Virus record (IMG/VR): IMGVR_UViG_3300010334_000023
Coordinates: 124,001-188,000 of that record
Strand: one strand, 5' to 3'
DNA: 64,000 bases
In this document: piece by piece, positions 56,171 to 64,000 of the stretch
How the letters are laid out: each line of letters begins with the position of its first letter
How positions within the stretch are numbered: the first letter of the stretch is position 1
Translations under genes and position numbers: made by a program
The notes under the pieces: generated by a model
What the model saw: only the letters and a program-made list of their open reading frames with translations
Database searches by the model: none
Told to the model about the DNA's origin: nothing

Positions 56171-57825
56171 ATGTCCTCCACGCTCATTGACACATCGTTG
56201 TTGGCATCCATGCCTGTGATGCTCTGCAGCATCTTCTCATGCTTCATTATCAGATCCATGGGGCGTTCACTGGTAAAGATGTCCTCTACTAGATCCTTGA
56301 ACTCCAGCAGATCTGGTGTCAGCAGTTCCTTGGCTTCGCTGATTGGTCTGTCCTGTGCCATGTTGGCTGCCTGTATGGCATTGACATGCAGTTCAGTGTT
56401 GTGGTTCATGGCCAATAGGTAGCTGAAACCATCCATGCTGCTAGGCCACTTCTCTTGATACTTGCTGTGGCTGTCAGCAAAGCGTGCTGTGCCGAGATCA
56501 AACACGCCGCCGTTCTCGTGGCTGTGTATGGCGTACTCCTTGTAGGCTTTGGTCCACTTGAACGGATCATTGGCCTTGCCTTCGGGAGTTGAAGCCCAGT
56601 AGCCGCTTTCGATTTCTTTCTTGGTAAAAGCTACCTTCTTGCTTTCAAGGTCATCATAGCCCCTGCAGCAGATGTCTCCCACGCTGACCTGATCGCCTAT
56701 CCTGCTGCGCACTGGCGTTAGCTTCTTGGGCAGGTTGTTGGCAATCCAATCGTTGAGCAGCTGTGGGTTGTTCTTCAGCTCTTTCTTGTCCACGATTGGA
56801 CCGCCCTTGAAGCCAACATTGTCCGCGCTGAGCTCATGTCCGTAGTACATCTGTCCCTTAGCAGTCATCACAAACGGGCTGGCTGCGTCGAAGCTGATGG
56901 TCAGCTGTGGATCCACATGCTTCCGCAGCGCACGCTGCAGGGATGTGAGAGCACAGCCAGCCTTGATCTTACCGTTACCCAGATAGTGCAGCCACTCACG
57001 TCCTGAGAGATAGTTTTCATCTCTCATGATGATCAGTCTGCGCAGATTAATGGTGAAGTTACTTGCCTGCACGTTGGAGAACGCCCAGCTCTCAAAGGGC
57101 AGGTCCTTGGTGTGCTCCCACCACACGTCACCTTCTTCCATGTTGCGTCCCTGTAGGACGTTGAGGAACTTGGTGGCACCCTCCCTGCGATTCTTGATGA
57201 AGAAGTTGTGGTTGTCCAGGCTGCCAGTCAAGCAATCGCTGAAGCTCTTGAGGCTGGGATGCAGACTCTCGCCTGTGACTGGATCAAGACCATATTTGAC
57301 CAATGCGTAGGTAGGCCAGTCCAATACCATGCTATAGTCTGCCGTGGCTTCTAGCCAACGCAGCAGCTTCATTCGCACATCGTCCTTGTCGTTCTGATGT
57401 TCTTCCGGTGTCTGCTTGGGCTTGGCATGCCATGGATACTTGAGCACACCGGTAGCAGCTTGGAACCCACCTGAATCGCCTAGCAGCACAGTGTTAGCGC
57501 GATCGCGCTGCTGCACCATGCTCTCCTGCACCCAGCTATCCTGCGGATCCAGTATGGCATGTCCAGCTGAATACAGTGCTACTGGATAGTAGAAAAGGCT
57601 GTTAGCGGGATCGAGGAAGTTGAGATCCTTGAGTCCCTGTGGCAAGCCCTCGGGCATGGTGTCGCGCATGTTGTACTGAACCATGCTGACGATCTTGGCA
57701 TAGATCATGCTGATGCTGGGCAAGAACAGGGCATAGTCATTCTGCGTAGCGGCCATGTTCCTGCACTTTGCGTTGAAAGTGAGGTGGTCAGTGTCAAAGC
57801 TGAATCTCTGGAAATCTTTTTTCAT
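56167..57825 (-). CDS. dpdA: TGT-fold guanine transglycosylase, probably DNA-acting (DpdA family)
   Basis: LGDSGGFQ, MVLDWP, NVLQG, HYLG, SFDAASP and late HN match TGT catalytic motifs; no canonical CxCxxC zinc site; clustered with folE/queD/queE in a phage. Confidence 0.8.
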   Translation of the reverse strand: MKKDFQRFSFDTDHLTFNAKCRNMAATQNDYALFLPSISMIYAKIVSMVQYNMRDTMPEGLPQGLKDLNFLDPANSLFYYPVALYSAGHAILDPQDSWVQESMVQQRDRANTVLLGDSGGFQAATGVLKYPWHAKPKQTPEEHQNDKDDVRMKLLRWLEATADYSMVLDWPTYALVKYGLDPVTGESLHPSLKSFSDCLTGSLDNHNFFIKNRREGATKFLNVLQGRNMEEGDVWWEHTKDLPFESWAFSNVQASNFTINLRRLIIMRDENYLSGREWLHYLGNGKIKAGCALTSLQRALRKHVDPQLTISFDAASPFVMTAKGQMYYGHELSADNVGFKGGPIVDKKELKNNPQLLNDWIANNLPKKLTPVRSRIGDQVSVGDICCRGYDDLESKKVAFTKKEIESGYWASTPEGKANDPFKWTKAYKEYAIHSHENGGVFDLGTARFADSHSKYQEKWPSSMDGFSYLLAMNHNTELHVNAIQAANMAQDRPISEAKELLTPDLLEFKDLVEDIFTSERPMDLIMKHEKMLQSITGMDANNDVSMSVEDM

Positions 57826-57830
57826 GTTTC

Positions 57831-57859
57831 AGTATGGCCTATGGCGGTGATCTTGTCAA
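57831..57859 (-). promoter_or_regulatory. Sigma70-type promoter TTGACA-N17-CATACT, 5 nt before the dpdA ATG (leaderless geometry)
   Basis: Direct sequence; identical geometry to the thyX promoter. Confidence 0.6.
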
Positions 57860-58953
57860 GCACGAACCAGCTCTTGGATCAAGGGAGTTGCGGTGAAGAA
57901 CTTGGTACTAACCTGCTCAGCTTCTGAGCTAGCATGGCTTGACAAGCTGTTGCGGTTCATGAGGTAGCGTATGTGAGTGATCAGCTTGTCCTTGTTGGCT
58001 TGATAGCTGTCCCAGTTCTTGGTCCATTCGCTGGGATAGCATTCGCTCCACATCTCTGAGTAGCTGAGTCGGTCTGGCACCATGGGATAGGTTCCAACCA
58101 ACGCTGCTTCATACATTGAGATGCCCAGAGTTTCTTGCAGGTTAGCGCTGAAAGCGATCTTGCTCTCTGCGAGATGCTGATGGTATTCGTCCTTGGAGAG
58201 CTTCTGTTCCTGTGCCACAAACCATTCATATTCTGGCATGGCTTCGGCCAAGTCCTTGAAGATCTCCAGCTGCTTCTCTGGTGCCAGACGATGCGGGAAT
58301 ATGATCTTGTCTCGCTTGGCTGTGGTAGCATAAGGAGCTAGCAGTGGCTGCATGTATTCCATGGGCCAGCCGGTGAGCTTGAGCCGGTTGATCTCAGAGT
58401 CTGGGAAACCAACGATGAACTCTTCGGTCTCATCCTCGGCAAATAATGTCTCTACGCCCAGCAGCTGTCTCAGGAACAGGTTGCTGTGGAATCGCGTGGC
58501 AAACCAGTTGGTGTCATAGGTGTAGAACATGCTGCATTCAGCATTGCGTACCCAGGGTTTATCGCCAACCAGACGTCCCAGGAAGTCCTGTGGATCATAG
58601 CTGCCAGCGTGCCAAAGACCGTGTATCTCAATCTTTTTGCCAAGCAATTCAGCCATGTAGCGCAGCTGGATCACTGTGGGATTCCACGCATCTGTGTAAA
58701 GGAACTTGTCGCCGTCTTGTATCTTGCCATCCCTGAACAGCTGTGCTATCACGCTCAGCTGTGATGATTTGTAGATGTTGGTAGCACCAAAATCCAAGAA
58801 CGCACCTGGCGTTGGTGTGGCAGGTACCTCGTCTCCCTCGATGATGGCCACGGTGTCCACGCCTGCCCCATCCAGCAGGATAGGGATGTGATCATACCAT
58901 TGGCGAGTGTAGCGCGTGTCAATTGGTTCGATGGGGACAACGTACACTGTCAT
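57856..58953 (-). CDS. GT-B glycosyltransferase with QTMAN/GTDC1-like motifs
   Basis: IIFPHRLAPEK and FSANLQETLGISMYEAALVGTYPMVPDRLSYSE (GT4-like E-x7-E signature); TAATG coupling to the upstream T-fold gene. Confidence 0.8.
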   Translation of the reverse strand: MTVYVVPIEPIDTRYTRQWYDHIPILLDGAGVDTVAIIEGDEVPATPTPGAFLDFGATNIYKSSQLSVIAQLFRDGKIQDGDKFLYTDAWNPTVIQLRYMAELLGKKIEIHGLWHAGSYDPQDFLGRLVGDKPWVRNAECSMFYTYDTNWFATRFHSNLFLRQLLGVETLFAEDETEEFIVGFPDSEINRLKLTGWPMEYMQPLLAPYATTAKRDKIIFPHRLAPEKQLEIFKDLAEAMPEYEWFVAQEQKLSKDEYHQHLAESKIAFSANLQETLGISMYEAALVGTYPMVPDRLSYSEMWSECYPSEWTKNWDSYQANKDKLITHIRYLMNRNSLSSHASSEAEQVSTKFFTATPLIQELVRA

Positions 58954-59339
58954 TATTCTGCATCCCACTTCAAGATGGCACCGTTCTCTCCATCTTCTGA
59001 GACTTCAATCCACACTTCGCGTCCTGGCCACTTATCTATTATCTTCTCATATAGTTCTTCACTAATCATCTCACAGCTGCGATAGTTTAGCTGTAAGGTT
59101 TTTTGATCATATAGCTTCTCAAGCCATCTTTTTGCCTGTAAAAATTCCACATCACGGTCATTATGCGTGACAGAGATCCAAACTTGGAAGTGGAAGATGT
59201 GGCGATGCGGATAGCCCAAGAAGCTGACATCGTACTCGTCGCCTGTGGCCAGAGCTGGATCTGTGAGTGCTGCGGGATACTTGTGGATGCCTTCTTTCTG
59301 GAACTTTACCCAGATCATTCTCTTGCGTGGATCTGCCAT
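58953..59339 (-). CDS. dpdL: QueD-like T-fold protein, candidate CDG decarboxylase (DpdL-like)
   Basis: LGYPHRHIF (LxxxHRHxF), RDVEF, SCEMI, VSEDGENG; second T-fold gene in a cluster lacking queC. Confidence 0.65.
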   Translation of the reverse strand: MADPRKRMIWVKFQKEGIHKYPAALTDPALATGDEYDVSFLGYPHRHIFHFQVWISVTHNDRDVEFLQAKRWLEKLYDQKTLQLNYRSCEMISEELYEKIIDKWPGREVWIEVSEDGENGAILKWDAE

Positions 59340-59364
59340 GTGATATCTCCTATGATGATATAAG

Positions 59365-59393
59365 ATGATAACACAGGTCAGAGATTTTCACAA
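59365..59393 (-). promoter_or_regulatory. Sigma70-type promoter TTGTGA-N17-TATCAT for the dpdL-GT operon
   Basis: Intergenic; AGGAG RBS downstream. Confidence 0.5.
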
Positions 59394-59396
59394 GTG

Positions 59397-62300
59397 CTAG
59401 AGATCCAAAGCAGTCCTAACCACCTTTATCACCATGTTTTGGCTGGTATTCGGGGTGAACAGCAGCTCAACTATGCCTCCCACGATGTCAGCAGACCAGA
59501 TGCCGAGGCTGGTGCTGGTATAGATGTCAGCATATTCAGTGAAAAACACATCTGTACCATCTTGGATCAGCATCAGTTGGCTGCTCTGATAGCTGCTGGT
59601 AGCAGTGTTGGTTATCTGCAGCAGATAGTGCGCTGTGCGGAACTGAGTGGTTGGCCACGAATCAACCACAGATTGGAAGGTGCTGTTGCTGGTATAAGCA
59701 TTACCGTCTAAGACCCAGGTGTTGCCGCTAACATAGCCGTTGCTCTGCAGCACCTGTACGTTGGCAAAGCCAATGCTGTTGATCTGGTTGAAGCTGCCTA
59801 TGTTGGCATAGCTAGCAGCAACATCGTTGGTGACCGTGAGATTGCCCAATACTGACAGGTTGTTGTTGAAAATAGTGCTGTTGCTGACTGTGAGATTGCC
59901 TAGCACAGCAAGGTTAGACGCAAAGGTGCTGTCCTTGCTCACTGTGATGTTGCCCAGCACTGATAGATTGCTGTTGAAGAGGCTGTCCTTGCTCACTGTG
60001 ATGTTGCCCAGCACTGATAGATTACTGCTGAAACTGCTGTCAGTGAGAACAGTGATGTTGCCTAGCACAGCAAGGTTAGACGCAAAGGTGCTGTCCTTGC
60101 TCACTGTGATGTTGCCCAGCACTGATAGATTGCTGTTGAAGAGGCTGTCCTTGCTCACTGTGATGTTGTTCTGGAACACAGCAGCATTGGACACGCTTAG
60201 TGCACCGCCCACTGAGAGATCGCTGCTTATGTTGGCAGCATAAGCATATAGTGCTCCGTACACAGCTAGATTGCTGCTGACATTCACGTTGCTGGCTATG
60301 AGGCTTAGATTACCTAAGCCATTGCTGGTGCTGCCGCCGCTGGCCAAAATCCTCGCATCATAGTCGTTGCCAAATATGCTGCTATGGAAATCCACGTATG
60401 GTGTGCCAGCTGTGATCCTATTCTGCTGTCCCAGCTCTATGCTGCCATTGGTATCACCACCGATGATCACAGTGCCTGTGGTACCTGAGCTGGCAGTTAG
60501 GCTGCCACCAACCAGCGCATCCAATCCTATGGCAGCCCCGCCCTTGGTCACAAAGCTAGCTGAGCTTAGACTGCTGCTGTTAACTGTGCTGTTGATCAGC
60601 AGCCCTTGTCCATAGATGAACCTTGCCACTTGATTAGCAGCCGCATTGCCACCTTGGGCAAACACGATGTCGTTGTTGAGCATGGTGCCGAGCACGAGAT
60701 TACCACCGCCCGTGACAGCGTTACCGTACATCAATAGGTAACCATCGTTTGCATGGTCAATGGTAGCTTGGTTCCATCCGCTGCTGTTGATGCCCAGATC
60801 TATGTAGGTGTTGACAGCAGTGCCATTATCCGCTGTGACCACTATGTCTGCGCTGGCGCTGTCACCTGAGCTGTCATTGTGCACGTTTATCTGTGAGCTG
60901 GCATTTACGTTGCCTGCGAACAGTGCTACGGTATTTGGTTGGTAATTGGTATAGTCCTGCACACCAGCGTAGAGCGCAGCAAAGCCGCCGGCTCCGCCTG
61001 TAAACGTGCCGGTCTTGCCACTGATTATGCTGGTATTGCTACCGTTTAAGTTTCCACCTAGCCTGATGTTTAGTCCAACATCCAGGCTGGACACGTTGGC
61101 AGTATTAAGAACAGCGAGATTAGCAGTGTTCAGGCTGACGTTGCCGGCATCCCAGAACAGGCTAGCACTGTTGCCACTGAAGGTATTGCTGTTGCCGGCA
61201 AACTGTATGGTATATTGTGGACCAAAGCTTGGTGTATAGGATGCTGCTGTAACCTGGAAGCTGCCATCTGGGAACAGTATGCCACTGGTAGTTGATGCTG
61301 TGTTACCTATGTGTAGGTTACCATAGACATCCAGTGGATATCTAGCAGTGCTGGTGCCGATACCTATGTTCGAGTTGCTGATCAGCGTGTTAGCAACAAA
61401 GTTTGGCGCAGATATCAGTCCTGTAGCTAGTACATTCTGAGTGAACAGCGTGTTCACGCCTATGATGTTGCCTCCTGATCCAGTAGTAGTGATAGTACCG
61501 CTGGTAACAAGATTACCAACCGTGGCGTTGCCCGTGGACTGTATGGTAGTGTTGCTGATCAGACCATTGACGGTGGCTGTACCGGCGCTCTGTATGCTGC
61601 TGTTGCTGACCAAGCTGCTTCCGATAATAGCACCGTTGGCCTGTATGGTTGTGTTGCTTAGCAAGCTGTTAGCAGTGATGGTATCTGCTGCCTGTATGCT
61701 GGTGTTGCTGATCACTGTGTTGAACAGACCGGTACCAGGTGCCTGGACGTTGCTGCCGCTCACTATGTCATAGAGCTGTGCCAGTCCCAACGACTGTATG
61801 GTAGTGTTGCTGAACAGGCTGTTGCCTGTGATCGATCCGTTGGCCTGTATGTATGTGTCGCTGGCAATGCTGCCTGCGATCACCGCACCGTTGCTGATCA
61901 TGCTCTGACCAGTTATGGTACCATTGGCCTGTATGAAGCTGTTGCTGATAAGATGTGCAGCTCTGACAAAGCCCACAGATTGTACATAGATATTGGTTTC
62001 CAGCAGCTGTCCGTACATGCCAAAGGTTGAGTAGATCTGGGTATTGCTGGTGATTATCTCAGCAACCAAACGCCTGCCGGCTGTGATATTGTCTGCTGAA
62101 ACGTTACCGCTGACATCCAGCCTGCCACCGATGAGCACGTTGCCATATACTTCCAGATTGGCCTCTAACAGCGCACCATTGCCCACCACCAGATTATCTG
62201 TGAACACGGTGTTATCGGCAGTGATGTTGCCGTTGCTGTTGAAGCTGTTGGCTCTGATCTTTCTGCTAGCAGTGAGAAATTCTGTGGTGATGTTGCCGCT

Positions 62301-64000
62301 GTTTACTATGATGTTTGAATAAACTGTATCGATGGTAGCAGCGTCGCTGACTGTGAGATCTGTGGTAGTGATGCTGGTGTTGCTGACTATGCTGTTGGCA
62401 GTTAGCAATGACGACGCGGTGATATCTGGGCTGGTAATGCTGAGATTACCCACGATCACATCTGCCACTAGATTATTGCTCACCGTGACATTGGTCACGT
62501 CCAAAGAAACGTTGGCAGCGATAACATTGGCAGATATCTTGTTGACTGCGCTGATATCAGTGGCACTGATATTGGTATTGCTGTTTAGCGAGTTGACCTG
62601 TGCCAAACCGCCAGTGATCAGCGTGGTAGTTACTATTGTGCTGTTGGCCACCACGTTCTGTGCAGAAACCAACACAGTAGCTTGGACATTTGGCGTGATA
62701 ACAGCTAGATTACCAACCAGCAGGTTACCAGTTATGTTGTTGAGAGCAGTGATACCTGCTGAGGTCACGCTGGTGTTAGCAGCGATTAGATCCCCGCTGA
62801 CTCTGTTGGTCACGCTGATGTTGGTGCCGCTTATCTCGTTGTTGGCATGTATGTTGGAACCAATCACCAATCCCACAGCTGAGATAGCAGTGTTGGAATT
62901 CAGTTGATTAGCTAATAGATCTTGACCAAAACGTCCCTGTCCTGTGGTAGCTATCTGGCCTAGGGCATTGACAGCACCGCCTATGCCCACACCGCCATTT
63001 ACTACCAGCGCGCCGCTGGTGCTGTTGATGCTGATGGTAGCATTGCTAAGCAGCAGGTCACCAAACTGAGCAGCACCATAAACGTATCCTGGTACGCTGG
63101 TAAAAGGATTTACCACATTGCTGATACCTGGCTGCACGTTGGTTAGGTAAACGAACCTACCAGTGCTGTTCTGGAAGCCCATGAATGCGTTGTTGTCGTT
63201 GAGGATGAAATAGTTCATCACAACGCCGCGATCATAACCGTCGTTGTACGTGAGAATATTGCCTTCGCCGTTATCAGATCCGACTTTTATGGTAGGACCT
63301 GTCACGCTGATGCTATTGCTGTTGACGATGGTGCTGTTGCCGCGAACGATGAAGTTACCGCTGACTACCAGATTGCCGGTGAACAGGCTCTGCTGCCCCC
63401 CTACATTGAGATTGCCACCTATGCCCACACCACCTGTGACTATCAGCGCGCCGGATCCGGTGCTACCGCTGGCTGTGTTGTTGGTAATTGTTACAACGCC
63501 GCTGGCAGCGATGTTAGCCGCTGTGATACCCACATTGCTGACTATGGTGTTGCTGCTTAATTGGTTAAGAGCATTGATAGCAGGTGACGTAATACTGAGA
63601 TTGCTGTTGATGGTGTTGGCTAGGATACCTTGTGCTGCTTGTATGCTAGTGTTGCTGGTTATGGTCTGCACCACAGCATTGGTGATGATGTTCAGCGTGC
63701 TAGCAGTGGCTTCTGTGTTGCTGATCAACTGATTGACCACAGCGATGCCAGTGGTCTTTAGTGTCTGGCCTTCTATGAAGCTGTTGCTGCGGACCTGCTG
63801 GCCTGATACAAGCCCGTTGGCACTTACCGCAGCATTGCTGCTGAGAGTGCCTACCTGTGCACCGTTCTCGACTACCAGCGTGCTGGTGGTGCTGTTGTTG
63901 TTGACGATCAGACTGTTTACGTTAGCTAGACCACTGCTCTGCAGGGAAGCACCGAAAACATTGTTGTTGCCTATCAAGCTACTGATCTGTGCCACGCCTG
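59397..64000 (-). CDS. Large tail-fibre / adhesin-like virion protein, N-terminus beyond the window
   Basis: Frame open to the edge; N/S/G/I/V-rich beta-helix repeats; fibre motif YVDFHSS..NDYDARI; C-terminal domain FRTAHYLLQI...TEYA. Confidence 0.75.
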   Translation of the reverse strand, partial: GVAQISSLIGNNNVFGASLQSSGLANVNSLIVNNNSTTSTLVVENGAQVGTLSSNAAVSANGLVSGQQVRSNSFIEGQTLKTTGIAVVNQLISNTEATASTLNIITNAVVQTITSNTSIQAAQGILANTINSNLSITSPAINALNQLSSNTIVSNVGITAANIAASGVVTITNNTASGSTGSGALIVTGGVGIGGNLNVGGQQSLFTGNLVVSGNFIVRGNSTIVNSNSISVTGPTIKVGSDNGEGNILTYNDGYDRGVVMNYFILNDNNAFMGFQNSTGRFVYLTNVQPGISNVVNPFTSVPGYVYGAAQFGDLLLSNATISINSTSGALVVNGGVGIGGAVNALGQIATTGQGRFGQDLLANQLNSNTAISAVGLVIGSNIHANNEISGTNISVTNRVSGDLIAANTSVTSAGITALNNITGNLLVGNLAVITPNVQATVLVSAQNVVANSTIVTTTLITGGLAQVNSLNSNTNISATDISAVNKISANVIAANVSLDVTNVTVSNNLVADVIVGNLSITSPDITASSLLTANSIVSNTSITTTDLTVSDAATIDTVYSNIIVNSGNITTEFLTASRKIRANSFNSNGNITADNTVFTDNLVVGNGALLEANLEVYGNVLIGGRLDVSGNVSADNITAGRRLVAEIITSNTQIYSTFGMYGQLLETNIYVQSVGFVRAAHLISNSFIQANGTITGQSMISNGAVIAGSIASDTYIQANGSITGNSLFSNTTIQSLGLAQLYDIVSGSNVQAPGTGLFNTVISNTSIQAADTITANSLLSNTTIQANGAIIGSSLVSNSSIQSAGTATVNGLISNTTIQSTGNATVGNLVTSGTITTTGSGGNIIGVNTLFTQNVLATGLISAPNFVANTLISNSNIGIGTSTARYPLDVYGNLHIGNTASTTSGILFPDGSFQVTAASYTPSFGPQYTIQFAGNSNTFSGNSASLFWDAGNVSLNTANLAVLNTANVSSLDVGLNIRLGGNLNGSNTSIISGKTGTFTGGAGGFAALYAGVQDYTNYQPNTVALFAGNVNASSQINVHNDSSGDSASADIVVTADNGTAVNTYIDLGINSSGWNQATIDHANDGYLLMYGNAVTGGGNLVLGTMLNNDIVFAQGGNAAANQVARFIYGQGLLINSTVNSSSLSSASFVTKGGAAIGLDALVGGSLTASSGTTGTVIIGGDTNGSIELGQQNRITAGTPYVDFHSSIFGNDYDARILASGGSTSNGLGNLSLIASNVNVSSNLAVYGALYAYAANISSDLSVGGALSVSNAAVFQNNITVSKDSLFNSNLSVLGNITVSKDSTFASNLAVLGNITVLTDSSFSSNLSVLGNITVSKDSLFNSNLSVLGNITVSKDSTFASNLAVLGNLTVSNSTIFNNNLSVLGNLTVTNDVAASYANIGSFNQINSIGFANVQVLQSNGYVSGNTWVLDGNAYTSNSTFQSVVDSWPTTQFRTAHYLLQITNTATSSYQSSQLMLIQDGTDVFFTEYADIYTSTSLGIWSADIVGGIVELLFTPNTSQNMVIKVVRTALDL
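59830..60170 (-). repeat. 54-bp (18-aa) tandem repeat array inside the fibre gene, with an exact 111-bp duplication
   Basis: NL[SA]VLGN[IL]TVS.DS.F.S units; 59896-60006 identical to 60058-60168 (offset 162 = 3 x 54). Confidence 0.9.

Noticed and set aside
56167-57825. Canonical bacterial tRNA-guanine transglycosylase (tgt)
   Set aside because: Much longer and divergent, lacks the CxCxxC zinc motif, and the phage folE/queD/queE context favours a DpdA-type enzyme; tRNA activity is not formally excluded
59830-60170. Tandem repeats considered as a possible CRISPR array
   Set aside because: In-frame 54-bp coding repeats without unique spacers, and no cas genes
1-64000. Stop-codon reassignment, as seen in some large phages
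   Set aside because: Genes are full length in the standard code, and TAA, TAG and TGA all terminate credible genes
1-64000. tRNA, rRNA, integrase, transposase, intron or intein
   Set aside because: No recognisable signatures by eye and intergenic gaps are short; a covariance-model scan was not run
1-64000. Apparent abundance of GATC, AGCT and CAGCTG sites as evidence for protective DNA modification
   Set aside because: Only a visual impression; it needs an observed/expected k-mer calculation before it can be claimed

Overview
This is a 64-kb slice of a large (probably jumbo) T4-distant myophage genome, about 50% GC, densely coding and read in the standard genetic code. It contains no recognisable tRNA, rRNA, CRISPR array or IS element. 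Left end (minus strand): gp46/gp47 recombination nuclease genes and a gp55-type late sigma factor. 2.8-27 kb (plus): a contractile-tail baseplate module with gp53-, hub-, gp5/VgrG-lysozyme-, gp25- and gp6-like genes, a 3701-aa wedge protein and fibre-like genes. 27-39 kb (plus): a tightly coupled tailoring operon of six glycosyltransferase-like genes, two methyltransferases and two radical-SAM enzymes. It is followed by thyX, a CysC-like kinase, an HxGH nucleotidyltransferase and a secreted YHYH protein, ending at a bidirectional terminator near 42.19 kb. 42-64 kb (minus): small early genes, an AAA+/vWA pair, a T4 RNase H-like nuclease and a 7-deazaguanine cluster (queE, queD, folE, a TGT/DpdA-like transglycosylase and a DpdL-like T-fold protein; no queC in the window), then a large fibre protein cut by the window edge. 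The main candidates for new biology are: (1) a GT-B glycosyltransferase with motifs like the queuosine mannosyltransferase QTMAN/GTDC1, translationally coupled to dpdL and next to dpdA, suggesting a glycosylated 7-deazaguanine DNA modification; (2) pseudoknot/RBS-sequestering leaders in front of queD and folE, possibly phage riboswitches; (3) the GT/MTase/radical-SAM operon; (4) promoters placed so that several mRNAs would be leaderless. All family assignments come from motif recognition by eye; no database search was run.
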